A stretch of 64,000 nt of DNA. It comes from Candidatus Poribacteria bacterium. Lineage in GTDB: Bacteria > Poribacteria > WGA-4E > WGA-3G. The translations under genes and the position numbers were made by a program. Below, piece after piece: positions 38,910 through 47,909 of the stretch (position 1 is its first letter; every line of letters begins with the position of its first letter). The notes below the pieces were generated by a model. It worked only from the letters and a program-made list of their open reading frames with translations. It searched no databases and had not been told where the DNA came from. The DNA lies in NCBI GenBank assembly GCA_963665235.2, contig CAXXLX010000001.1:3328001-3392000 (forward strand). The letters run 5' to 3'.

Positions 38910-39578
38910 CTAGGTTTGTGAATTTTCCTCATAGTAAAGACAGTGCTGTGTCAACGGACACTGTCCACACAAAGGTTTTCGGGCATTACATATTTGCCTA
39001 CCGAAGTAGATAAGATTCATGTGAAACGGATATGCCTTACCCTCAGGTATAATCAGAGGCAACTCGGTGTGTGCCTTCTCCGCGCTGCAATTCGCCGGAA
39101 TCAACCCCAGCCGTTTTGAGATACGCAGGATATGTGTGTCAACAGGAAAAACCTCTCTACCGCATGCGAAAGAGAGTGTAACAGAAGCGGTTTTGATGCC
39201 GATGCCTTTATGCTGGCAGAGCAATTCTAAGGCGGCTTCTGTCTCCATGTCGTGGATGAACGCTAGCGATAACTCACCGTATTCCGCTTTGAGCCACGTG
39301 AGAAAATTCTTAATAGTGTGGCTTTTCTGTTTTCCCAAACCGACGATTCTTATCGTTGTCTCAATTGCCTCCGTGTCCGCTTGTAAGACATCTTCCCATG
39401 TTGGAAAACGTTCTTTGAGCTGAACGTAGCCTTTATCGCGGCTAACATCTGTCGTATTTTGTGACAGGATTGTTAAGATGAGGCATTCCAAGACATCTCT
39501 TGCCCCTTTGCGGGTTGGTACGCCGAGCAATTTCTCAAGTGTATCCGATACGATTTTTGCTTTCTGTTTCAGTTCCAA
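38910..39578 (-). CDS. nth: Endonuclease III (HhH-GPD, 4Fe-4S)
   Basis: ILSQNTTD, GIGIKTA, PVDTHILR, C-x6-C-x2-C-x5-C. Confidence 0.93.
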   Translation of the reverse strand: MELKQKAKIVSDTLEKLLGVPTRKGARDVLECLILTILSQNTTDVSRDKGYVQLKERFPTWEDVLQADTEAIETTIRIVGLGKQKSHTIKNFLTWLKAEYGELSLAFIHDMETEAALELLCQHKGIGIKTASVTLSFACGREVFPVDTHILRISKRLGLIPANCSAEKAHTELPLIIPEGKAYPFHMNLIYFGRQICNARKPLCGQCPLTQHCLYYEENSQT

Positions 39579-39675
39579 TTTATTCTCCCGTGCCTCTCGT
39601 TTTCTATTACATTATACCATAAAAAGAAAAATAGCAACGTTTTTTGTGACCGAAGCAGCAGGTGTCATCCCCTCT

Positions 39676-39885
39676 CTTCTGTAGGAGCGTGCTGTGCACG
39701 CGACCCTTCTGTAGGAGCGTGCTGTGCACGCGACCCTTCTGTAGGAGCGTGCTGTGCACGCGACCCTTCTGTAGGAGCGTGCTGTGCACGCGACCCTTCT
39801 GTAGGAGCGTGCTGTGCACGCGACCCTTCTGTAGGAGCGTGCTGTGCACGCGACCCTTCTGTAGGAGCGTGCTGTGCACGCGACC
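39676..39885 (+). repeat. Perfect tandem array, 7 x 30 bp GTAG-REP
   Basis: GTAGGAGCGTGCTGTGCACGCGACCCTTCT at 39681, 39711, 39741, 39771, 39801, 39831 and 39861. Confidence 0.97.
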
Positions 39886-39937
39886 TCAATGCAAAAATGT
39901 CGAAAACGAAATAGCCCTATTTTTTTGTGACCGAAGT

Positions 39938-41824
39938 TTAGAATAGAAACCGGTACATCGGCCGCTCGAGGGCTACAGCTAATAGGCTCCAGAACGCACC
40001 AATTACAAATTCCCCCAGAACGATGCCGAGGAAAAACGGAATCGCTTTCCGATGTAAACGGATACCACCATATTTGAGGACAAGCCATTTTAGCAACCAA
40101 CCGACAAAGATTGAACCTATCATCGGATTGATTGCCCAGCTGCCTGAGATAGCATATCCCACCGGGTGTAAATTCCACCAGAGAAATCGCATCCGCATTG
40201 CGGAGAGGAGCAGTGTCGCCCCAAATCCGAACGCTGCGAAACCGATTGCTGGTATATCGGGTGGCGCAGCATAAGTTAACCACGTCTCTAAGCGTCCAAA
40301 GGCTTCTCTACCGAAACCCCCGCCTCTCCCTTCCGCGTAATACATGGAAAGGAATGCCCAAAATGAACCGAGCGCGCCTAGGGCAGAAGCTAGTATCATC
40401 AGAAACGCGAACCTTCGCAGCGGAATGTTCGCACCTTCGGCTAATTTGAACCCTTCAAGTTGATGCGGCATCGCGTGAGAACGGTGGGCACGATTTAGGA
40501 AGTAGAGGTAGGCGAAACCTGTTAAATTTACCGCTCCCAAACGGCGAATGCCGACCAAACGCGGCAGCATCTCATCCGGACCGATAAAGTGCAAATCATG
40601 CACAGGTGAACCGAGTTCTGCGCGCAGCCGCGTAATCGCTATTGCAATTGCAAACCAGATTGCGAAATAGATAACGATTACCCAGAAGCTCATGCCCATC
40701 TTCAGGCAAAAACCGACGATGAAGACAGCCGCCCCTAGAAGCGCGATGAGAGTTAACCGATGTGAAATAGGCTCCTCGGGGCGTGGTGATAGAATTTGAC
40801 GCGCGAACTGTTTCAAATAGCGGCGACTCATCCAGATAGCAACCATACAAAGCCCTAGATACGCGCCGTGCGATTGCTCCGCTTCGTAAGGAAAACGTGG
40901 TAAACCGCGCCACCCCGCAATAACGCCTAATAACCGTTCTGCACGCCAGATTAACCAAAACGCCCAACAGGAAAAGGACAGGTCAAGGGGTATAAAGAAG
41001 GAGAGCCCAACACCGAATGGAAAAACACCGATAGGGCTCCAGCCAATCCCGTTCCAGGGGTTTTCTGTGAAAATTCGGCGGAGGTCATACAATTTACCAC
41101 CCAGGCTCGGCACAGCTGGAAACAGATAGTTTAATCCGTTGATAATGTCAATTGACATACCGATTGCCAGCCCCATCCACATCCACGGTGAACGGAAAAA
41201 TCTACCACCGGGCGTTGTCATCTCAAACGGCAGCTGGATAATCGGATAACTGAGCCGCTCCGATTCAACCCACTGCTTCCGAAAAATTAGACTCAAACAG
41301 AGCATGACGAGATGAATCGCTACAATGAATAGTGTCCACCAAAAGACTGCTGGCAGCCATGCTGTGAGATTAGAGACATCATAGATGCTTGCAGAGCCCT
41401 GATAATATCCCTCAAGCACACGTTTGTCGCTGACAATTAGCCACTCCGGAATGTGCAAGTGAAATAGGTTTATCCAATCGTTTTCCGGGGTTGCAAACCA
41501 ATGTGCATGACTGATAAGCGGCATCAGGACGAGAAATCTATCAACGCCTGCAAGCCCTGCACCTATGGAGATACAGGTGTAGATAACAAGCAACTCTGCG
41601 CGATTGAACGCCAGGGCACGGTTTAGCTGTCGTAAAAGCAAACCGAGTCCCAGTAGGATTAAAATAGTGATAACGGCATTGAAAAACAGGGAGACCTGTG
41701 TCGGACTGCCCCCGCCACGTAGAATGGAAGCGGCTACCCACCAACAGTTCAATGGCACTAGCACACAGAGCAGAAAGATAGCAAATGGCCGAATGTTGAG
41801 CGTTTTCGTTGGAACGGTGTTCAC
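39938..41824 (-). CDS. Integral membrane protein (DUF6785/DUF6784-like putative transporter)
   Basis: Many TM helices; RKQWVESERLSYPI, WWNLHPVGY, KYGG....KAIPFFLG..LGE. Confidence 0.75.
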   Translation of the reverse strand: MNTVPTKTLNIRPFAIFLLCVLVPLNCWWVAASILRGGGSPTQVSLFFNAVITILILLGLGLLLRQLNRALAFNRAELLVIYTCISIGAGLAGVDRFLVLMPLISHAHWFATPENDWINLFHLHIPEWLIVSDKRVLEGYYQGSASIYDVSNLTAWLPAVFWWTLFIVAIHLVMLCLSLIFRKQWVESERLSYPIIQLPFEMTTPGGRFFRSPWMWMGLAIGMSIDIINGLNYLFPAVPSLGGKLYDLRRIFTENPWNGIGWSPIGVFPFGVGLSFFIPLDLSFSCWAFWLIWRAERLLGVIAGWRGLPRFPYEAEQSHGAYLGLCMVAIWMSRRYLKQFARQILSPRPEEPISHRLTLIALLGAAVFIVGFCLKMGMSFWVIVIYFAIWFAIAIAITRLRAELGSPVHDLHFIGPDEMLPRLVGIRRLGAVNLTGFAYLYFLNRAHRSHAMPHQLEGFKLAEGANIPLRRFAFLMILASALGALGSFWAFLSMYYAEGRGGGFGREAFGRLETWLTYAAPPDIPAIGFAAFGFGATLLLSAMRMRFLWWNLHPVGYAISGSWAINPMIGSIFVGWLLKWLVLKYGGIRLHRKAIPFFLGIVLGEFVIGAFWSLLAVALERPMYRFLF

Positions 41825-41982
41825 CTTCTTTCGGGAGTTGACATGCCCATTCTATCCAATTTTCAATTTTGAGGCAACATGTTTTTTGGGATGGGTGTGT
41901 GTAAATATTTTGTCCTTATGTCTCAATAATGCGGAAAGAACGCTAAACCTCCAATCACAAAACTTTGATTGTTCTGTAGCTT

Positions 41983-42131
41983 AAAATCCGTGTAATCCGT
42001 ATAATCCGCGATTTGCGGCGTACTCGCCCAAATGCGACGTGCATTCTGACAACACCCGCCAAATCCCCTCTTCCCCTCTTCCATCCTTCCCCTTTTCCAC
42101 TCTTCCACCCTTCCACCCTTCCACCCTTCCC
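41983..42131. repeat. Short tandem repeats: 9-mer AATCCG(T/C)RW and 8-mer CCCTTCCA
   Basis: Read directly in the divergent intergenic region. Confidence 0.75.
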
Positions 42132-42282
42132 GCTATCATAGTCCCAAAACTTTACACCCCCTTGAGATTGTCCTACAGCTTAACCTCCCACTTTTTTTCT
42201 TGCTTACCGATGCGAAAATATGCTATAATCAAAAAAACAGAGAAAAAGCTTGATGTCAACAGCCGCGCATGGAAAAATTGTT

Positions 42283-43911
42283 ATGCGAATACCGAGAAAA
42301 AAAATCATCGTCATCGGTTTACTTATATTTATTGGGGTTATCGTTTTGCTATCCGTCATCTATCACCAGACCGCACTTTGGGAACCTGAACAGAGTTTTA
42401 TCACACTACTTCCAGAATCGCCAATCGGTTATGTAACACTCAAGGAATTGGAGGGGTTTATTCAGACCTTCACCCGCAGTGAGCTGGGAAAACAGGCTGC
42501 ACAGATGCCTATCCTCGCTCACATCAAGGAGCAGCTCTGGTGGAAACAGCTGGTATATCAGAAGCTGCTGTGGGAATACGAGATGGGTGGAAAACTGGAT
42601 ATGAAGGCGGTTAAAGGGCACTTCGGCGAGGAGGCAATTTTTGCCTTGTACCAACGCGAAGGCGAACTTGCATTTCTGCTTATCTCCGCAGTCGGCGGAA
42701 CGGAGAAACTCGGCATCGAAGCCATTACCGCCACCGATGCGATTAATCCGCGCTATAAACGCATCCAAACCGAATACAGCGGGTTTACAATTAACACAAT
42801 TACGGGGTACCCCCTCGATTTTAGTTATACGTTCATCGGGAAGGTTGGCGTGTTAAGCCTGAACCCCTTGCTAGTCGCCGAGGTGCTCGACATCTATGCA
42901 GGAAAAAAGCAGGGTTTTCTTGCACAGCATCCGATACGGGAAAAGATTCAGGACGGTTATACCCAGAACAAAAGCACCGGATATCTCGATGTGGAGCGGC
43001 TTGCTACCGTGTTGGGCGGACCAAAATCGCGGTACCGTCCGCTTATTGAGCTAATTCATCCGCTATTCGGGGGGGCAGAATTGTGGACGTTTGGCAATCG
43101 TTATGAAGAGGGTGTGATTATCTCACAGCACCGTTTCGGAAACCCTAAAAACACTGTCTCAACTGCAACTGAGGCACGGCACACCCCACCGTTTCTCCCA
43201 GCACAAACGGCGTTCGTCACCATCGATCCGAATTATGACTGGGGTGCACTCTACCAGTGGCTGAAATCTAATTTGGCAATCGGGGTTCAATCTGAGGGAA
43301 TTGCGTTATCCCAGCATTTGAATAAGGAGATGACAGTCGCATTGGTTACACATGGCGAAGGGCAGGGGGCGCGCATGCCCTCGCTAGTTCTGCACGCGCC
43401 GATTCAGGCGAAGAATGCATTCGCAGCAGATTTGGAAACGCTAAGAGACACCAAAATTTCTGTAGCAGGCAAACCGCTTGAATTTCTTGAACTGCAAGCA
43501 TATAACGGTATTAACGTGCAAGCTGTCCGACTACGTCTCAATTTTCTATTGGCATTTGTAGGCGGATATGCAATTGTCGATGACCATTTTTTCTTCAGCA
43601 CAACGCTACCGGGCTTAAAGGCGGTGCTTGATACATACCTGGGAAATGCCCCAACTCTAACGGATGTTACGTTTTCTGATGATAGTGTGCAGACATTCAT
43701 TCAACCGAACCTGTTGGTCCCCGAATTGAAAAGGTTTCTCCCGATAGCGGCTCTAATCGCTTCGCTTTCGGGACAGGAGGTGGATGCAACACTCACGCAG
43801 CATATTACAAATAATATATTTCCGCTGGCGGCTCTCGGTCCAATTACGGCTGATGTGCATGTTGAGGAAGCGGGGGTAGATGCAGAAGTTCAGATCGTTT
43901 TGGAGGAGTAA
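42283..43911 (+). CDS. Membrane-anchored hypothetical protein (DUF3352-like)
   Basis: N-terminal TM, LLPESP.GY, YAIVDDHFFFSTT. Start is uncertain (42250, 42253 or 42283). Confidence 0.7.
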   Translation: MRIPRKKIIVIGLLIFIGVIVLLSVIYHQTALWEPEQSFITLLPESPIGYVTLKELEGFIQTFTRSELGKQAAQMPILAHIKEQLWWKQLVYQKLLWEYEMGGKLDMKAVKGHFGEEAIFALYQREGELAFLLISAVGGTEKLGIEAITATDAINPRYKRIQTEYSGFTINTITGYPLDFSYTFIGKVGVLSLNPLLVAEVLDIYAGKKQGFLAQHPIREKIQDGYTQNKSTGYLDVERLATVLGGPKSRYRPLIELIHPLFGGAELWTFGNRYEEGVIISQHRFGNPKNTVSTATEARHTPPFLPAQTAFVTIDPNYDWGALYQWLKSNLAIGVQSEGIALSQHLNKEMTVALVTHGEGQGARMPSLVLHAPIQAKNAFAADLETLRDTKISVAGKPLEFLELQAYNGINVQAVRLRLNFLLAFVGGYAIVDDHFFFSTTLPGLKAVLDTYLGNAPTLTDVTFSDDSVQTFIQPNLLVPELKRFLPIAALIASLSGQEVDATLTQHITNNIFPLAALGPITADVHVEEAGVDAEVQIVLEE

Positions 43912-43941
43912 TTCACAGCAACAAACAGGGAGGTTTTTACG

Positions 43942-44286
43942 ATGGAAACAGCAACGCTTGAAACTGTCATTGACCGCTTAGATAGATTGGAAAAGATGGT
44001 TGTGGATATGGCGCAGCAACTTGCTTTAATCGCTACGCAGCTCGACCCACAACCCACTGACACTCACAAACCTGATACACAGAGACAAAAATTTAGCATG
44101 GAAAGCGACAAGCGCGACGCTCACATTGCCAAGAAAATTCTTACGGAGATATATGAAAAAATGGGGATTCCTCCTGACTTTGAACTTAGACCCCTTGAAG
44201 AGCTTCGCGAGAGTATGCGGCAGAACGGCATTCGTGCTGAAGATAACGAGTTTAGCCGCGCAATTATTGAGGAACGTGAGAAATAA
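43942..44286 (+). CDS. Putative antitoxin
   Basis: GGAGG RBS, 114 aa, C-terminal SRAIIEERE, directly upstream of a PIN gene. Confidence 0.7.
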   Translation: METATLETVIDRLDRLEKMVVDMAQQLALIATQLDPQPTDTHKPDTQRQKFSMESDKRDAHIAKKILTEIYEKMGIPPDFELRPLEELRESMRQNGIRAEDNEFSRAIIEEREK

Positions 44287-44288
44287 CT

Positions 44289-44792
44289 GTGGACTATTTC
44301 TATTTTGATGCCAGCGCATTGATTAAACGGTATACTGATGAAATAGGAAGCGATGAAGTTGATTTCCTTTTTGCCAATATTCCGTTGGAACGGATGCTGT
44401 GCTTAATGCTTGGCGCATTAGAAACCCTTTGGATCTGTGTTCGTAAAAGGAACGACGGTCGCATAACCGCTAGTCAGTTTGCTCAGGCCACCGCGTACTT
44501 AGAACATGAAGTAATTAATTCGAATTCAGACTTCAAAACGATTTCTACCCCGGATTCGCTTATTTTGAACTCAATGTCTCTGATTGGAACTCACTCGCTC
44601 AATAGCGTTGATGCAATAGTGCTACGTTCAGCCCTAGACTACGCTGTAGAACTCCGAAATACGGGGCATACATTAGTACTCGTTGCCGCCGATCGACGGC
44701 TGCTCAGGGCCGCACACGCTGAAGGATTGCCGGTCTTTAATCCAGAACTTGATTCACAACAGACACTTATGGAATGGATAACTCCCACATGA
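44289..44792 (+). CDS. vapC: VapC-family PIN-domain toxin
   Basis: YFDASALIKRY..E.GS, LNSVDAIVL.SA, LVAADRRLLRAA..EGL. Confidence 0.9.
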   Translation: MDYFYFDASALIKRYTDEIGSDEVDFLFANIPLERMLCLMLGALETLWICVRKRNDGRITASQFAQATAYLEHEVINSNSDFKTISTPDSLILNSMSLIGTHSLNSVDAIVLRSALDYAVELRNTGHTLVLVAADRRLLRAAHAEGLPVFNPELDSQQTLMEWITPT

Positions 44793-45841
44793 ATACAAAA
44801 ATTGGTATCGGTATAATAAGTTTCGCACATGGACATGCAAACGCTTATTGCAACAGGATGCAGACGTTTGACGATGTTAACCTCATCGCCTGCTGGGATG
44901 ATAACGTTGAACGCGGTGAAGCTGCCGCCGCACAATTCGGTATGAAATTCTCACCGCACCTTGAAGACGTTGTTAAGCATCCCGAGATCGATGCCGTTAT
45001 CATAACGTGCGAAACAAATCGGCACGCGGACATGGTGACAGCAGCCGCATCGGAAGGTAAGCATATCCTTTGCCAAAAACCGATGGCACTCACCTTGGCA
45101 GATTGTGATAAAATTGCTGAAGCGGTGGAAAAGTCCGATGTGAAATTCATGATGGCACATCAGATGCGGCGTGACCCGGCGAACATCGCAATGAAAGAAC
45201 TTATTGCAAGTGGTGTCCTAGGCAAAATCGGCATGCTACGACGGCGGCACTGTATCAACGTGCTTTTCAGTGAAGCCTTTGTGACGGGGCCAAGCCGCTG
45301 GCACATCGATCCTGTGAAGAATATGGGCATGTTTATGGACGATGCATCTCATGCAACCGATTTTATCTACTGGATGCTCGGTAAACCGATAAGCGTCATT
45401 GCCGAAATAGATAACGTTTTGACTGACGTGGCACCCGACGATACGGGAGTGGCCGTCTACCGGTTTGCGGATGGAGCGATGGCTATTCTGCTAAACACCT
45501 CTGTGACGCTCGCCGGTGAAAACACAACCGAAATCTACGGGGATGCAGGCGTTGTCATTCAGAACTACGGCGATGGCCCTTCGTGTAACATGCCTCGACC
45601 CGATGACGCTGTCGCGTTGAAACTCTATACCCGCGATAAACCGTTGTGGACGGACCTGGATATTGAAATTCCCGACAGCCACGGGGAACGCATTGCAGCA
45701 GTACCGCGTCCGTTTATTGATTGCCTGAAAAACGGGACGGCACCGGATGTGACAGTAGAGGATGGGCGGGTTTCCGTAGAGATGGTGTTAGGAGCGTATC
45801 GTTCTGCCCAGGAGGGGCGGCGCGTTTCGTTTCCATTATGA
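44789..45841 (+). CDS. Gfo/Idh/MocA oxidoreductase
   Basis: IGIISFAHGH, GKHILCQKPMA, GMFMDDASH; ATGA overlap with the vapC stop. Confidence 0.92.
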   Translation: MNTKIGIGIISFAHGHANAYCNRMQTFDDVNLIACWDDNVERGEAAAAQFGMKFSPHLEDVVKHPEIDAVIITCETNRHADMVTAAASEGKHILCQKPMALTLADCDKIAEAVEKSDVKFMMAHQMRRDPANIAMKELIASGVLGKIGMLRRRHCINVLFSEAFVTGPSRWHIDPVKNMGMFMDDASHATDFIYWMLGKPISVIAEIDNVLTDVAPDDTGVAVYRFADGAMAILLNTSVTLAGENTTEIYGDAGVVIQNYGDGPSCNMPRPDDAVALKLYTRDKPLWTDLDIEIPDSHGERIAAVPRPFIDCLKNGTAPDVTVEDGRVSVEMVLGAYRSAQEGRRVSFPL

Positions 45842-46279
45842 CGGGTTTTTCAAATTAAAATTTACGTGAATTTGGAAAAAGTTTTCCTCTAGGATGAGGA
45901 GCGGGCTGCTTGCCCGAATACTGCTTCAAAACGTCTTGCCAACTGCCAATAACAAAACGGACATTTATTATCAAACTCACGTTATCTATTCGTTTGACAG
46001 CAGTAGCGGTCGCGAGCGAAGCTCGCTCCTACAGAAGAGAATGTTGCAATATACTACATTATTGCATTTTACAACATAGCCTGCTGAAACCCTTTATATT
46101 CAACGCTCCCGCCTATATACACCACCGAAATAGTTATATTTTGCAACACCTGTCTAAAAATACCTATCGGTCATTTTCTTATATTCCCAGATTACAATTG
46201 TTATGTCCCCCCCGATACAGCCTTGACAAACAAGGTTTTCCGTGAGGCGCGATATCGAAGCATAAGACCGGTTTCCCTA

Positions 46280-46295
46280 TTGGCAAGGTTTTTGC
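46280..46295 (+). promoter_or_regulatory. sigma54 (-24/-12) promoter-like site
   Basis: TTGGCAAGGTTTTTGC = GG-N10-GC. Confidence 0.55.
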
Positions 46296-46357
46296 CTATA
46301 TTCATACTATACCTTAACTTGTACGAAAACCTTACACACTTTAATTTTCATTTTAAT

Positions 46358-46386
46358 TTGACAACTTGTTTTTTTTGTCGTATAAT
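46358..46386 (+). promoter_or_regulatory. Perfect consensus sigma70 promoter
   Basis: TTGACA-17 nt-TATAAT. Confidence 0.85.
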
Positions 46387-46533
46387 TTATAGACAAGTGT
46401 TGCAAAACACAACAATTTTGTAGCAGATATAGGGCGAGAGCGTTGAGTATAAAGGGTTCCAGGGTTATGTTGTAAAATGCAACGGCATAGCGGATTACAG
46501 CATTTCGGTTTATGGTAAACTGGGGGGAAACTA

Positions 46534-47125
46534 GACGGTGTTGTCAACATCATTGACCTTGGTTGCTTCAAACTTCGGTAAGACAGGAGAGAACGCTGCG
46601 GATGTCAATGGTGATGGCGTTGTCAATATCATTGACCTAACACTTGTTGCAGCAGCATTTGGAAATACGACTGAGGCCGCACCTGCAATATGAAGCAGGA
46701 ATTCTAATGATATACTGACACGTGCAACAGTTGAAAAGTGTTTACAACAAGCACGGCAGCTCAACTTAACCGATTCTGTTTTTCAGCGCGGTATCCTTAT
46801 GTTAGAAAATTTTTTGAAGGTGTTGACACCGAAAAAGACAGCACTCTTGCCCAACTATCCGAACCCGTTCAACCCGGAGACGTGGATACCATACCAATTA
46901 GCAGCCCCCGCAGATGTCCCAGTGACAATCTATGCGGTTGATGGCACATTGGTGCGAACCTTATCGTTAGGACATAAACCTATCGGTATCTATCAGAATA
47001 GGACACGTGCGGCATATTGGGACGGTAAAAACCGACTCGGTGAACCGGTCGCCAGTGGTGTGTATTTCTACACACTCACCGCAGGCGATTTCAACGCAAC
47101 GCGCAAGATGCTGATACGCAAGTAA
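46534..47125 (+). pseudogene. 3' remnant of a secreted protein gene: dockerin-like repeat plus FlgD/T9SS-CTD-like tail
   Basis: DGVVNIIDL..ADVNGDGVVNIIDLTLVA, in-frame TGA at 46691, then LLPNYPNPFNPETWIPYQL..ATRKMLIRK. No 5' part is present. Confidence 0.8.
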
Positions 47126-47197
47126 CGCATATCGGACAAACGCGGAAGGATAGAGCGTTATATTCTATCCTCCCTCACTTTGAAATAAGGAGTTTTT

Positions 47198-47896
47198 ATG
47201 TATCTACGAAGTAGGAAGGCGGACACCAATAGCATTTTTGTAATGCTCACTGTTTTTCTTTCAATTTGCGGGCTCACAACTAACGTTTTAGCCATCACCG
47301 CGCAGGAAGTGATGGAGAATACGTTGGAAGTGTATGAAGATATTGATAATTACAAAGCGGTCGTTCAAACCTACGAGGCAGCATCGATGAATGTTTCACG
47401 GAGTATTTTTGAAACCCAAGCTCCGATCATATCCTTTAATCTCTTTTTTCGGAAGCCGAATGAGCATGCGGTTCAACAGATCGGCAAGTCTCGTTATGGG
47501 GTATTCCGGGTTGAGTTGCTCAGTGCTCTTGAGCGTTTGAAAGACATTGAATTGAATTTGAAAAAGAGTGAGCTGGTACGCGGACAGAATTGTTATGTAC
47601 TGGAATGCACATCTGCTGAAGAACAGGATGCAGTTATGAAGCTCTACATATCTCGCAAGGATTGGACTGTTCAACAACTCACACTTATCATAGAGTCTTT
47701 GACTTTGGCAACAACGCAGTTTACGTATCCGAAGGATGGTAATAGAACGACACGCTTTCTACCTGTAGAAACACGGAGTTTTTTCCCATTGTCCAAAAAG
47801 GTGCTGATCAATAGGATTACGAATTATCAGGTGAATACAATTCTCCCCCAAGAGATTTTTGAGAAACGAAATAGTAGGGAACAATCCGAGAAATAG
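47198..47896 (+). CDS. Exported LolA-like / lipoprotein-sorting-fold protein
   Basis: AAGGAG RBS, signal peptide, ITAQEVM, FRKPN, G.NCYVLE, KLYISRKDW, ITNYQVNT.LP.EIF. Confidence 0.6.
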   Translation: MYLRSRKADTNSIFVMLTVFLSICGLTTNVLAITAQEVMENTLEVYEDIDNYKAVVQTYEAASMNVSRSIFETQAPIISFNLFFRKPNEHAVQQIGKSRYGVFRVELLSALERLKDIELNLKKSELVRGQNCYVLECTSAEEQDAVMKLYISRKDWTVQQLTLIIESLTLATTQFTYPKDGNRTTRFLPVETRSFFPLSKKVLINRITNYQVNTILPQEIFEKRNSREQSEK

Positions 47897-47909
47897 ATGA
47901 GGGGAACAA

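Larger units (their letters stand above)
46040..46505. repeat. Pair of ~120-bp imperfect inverted repeats (46040-46160 and 46388-46505)
   Basis: Shared blocks TTGCATTTTACAACATA, AACCCTTTATA, TCAACGCTC and TTTTGCAACAC.TGTCTA in opposite orientation. Confidence 0.85.

Noticed and set aside
39607-40283. Repetitive ORFs (HSTLLQKGRV, ACTARSYRRV, etc.) and a CRISPR-like look
   Set aside because: These are translations of the stop-free 30-bp REP array; there are no spacers.
46691-46693. TGA recoding (Trp or Sec)
   Set aside because: TGA is an ordinary stop elsewhere in the window (e.g. rtcB, vapC), and this gene also lacks its 5' end; a nonsense mutation is simpler.
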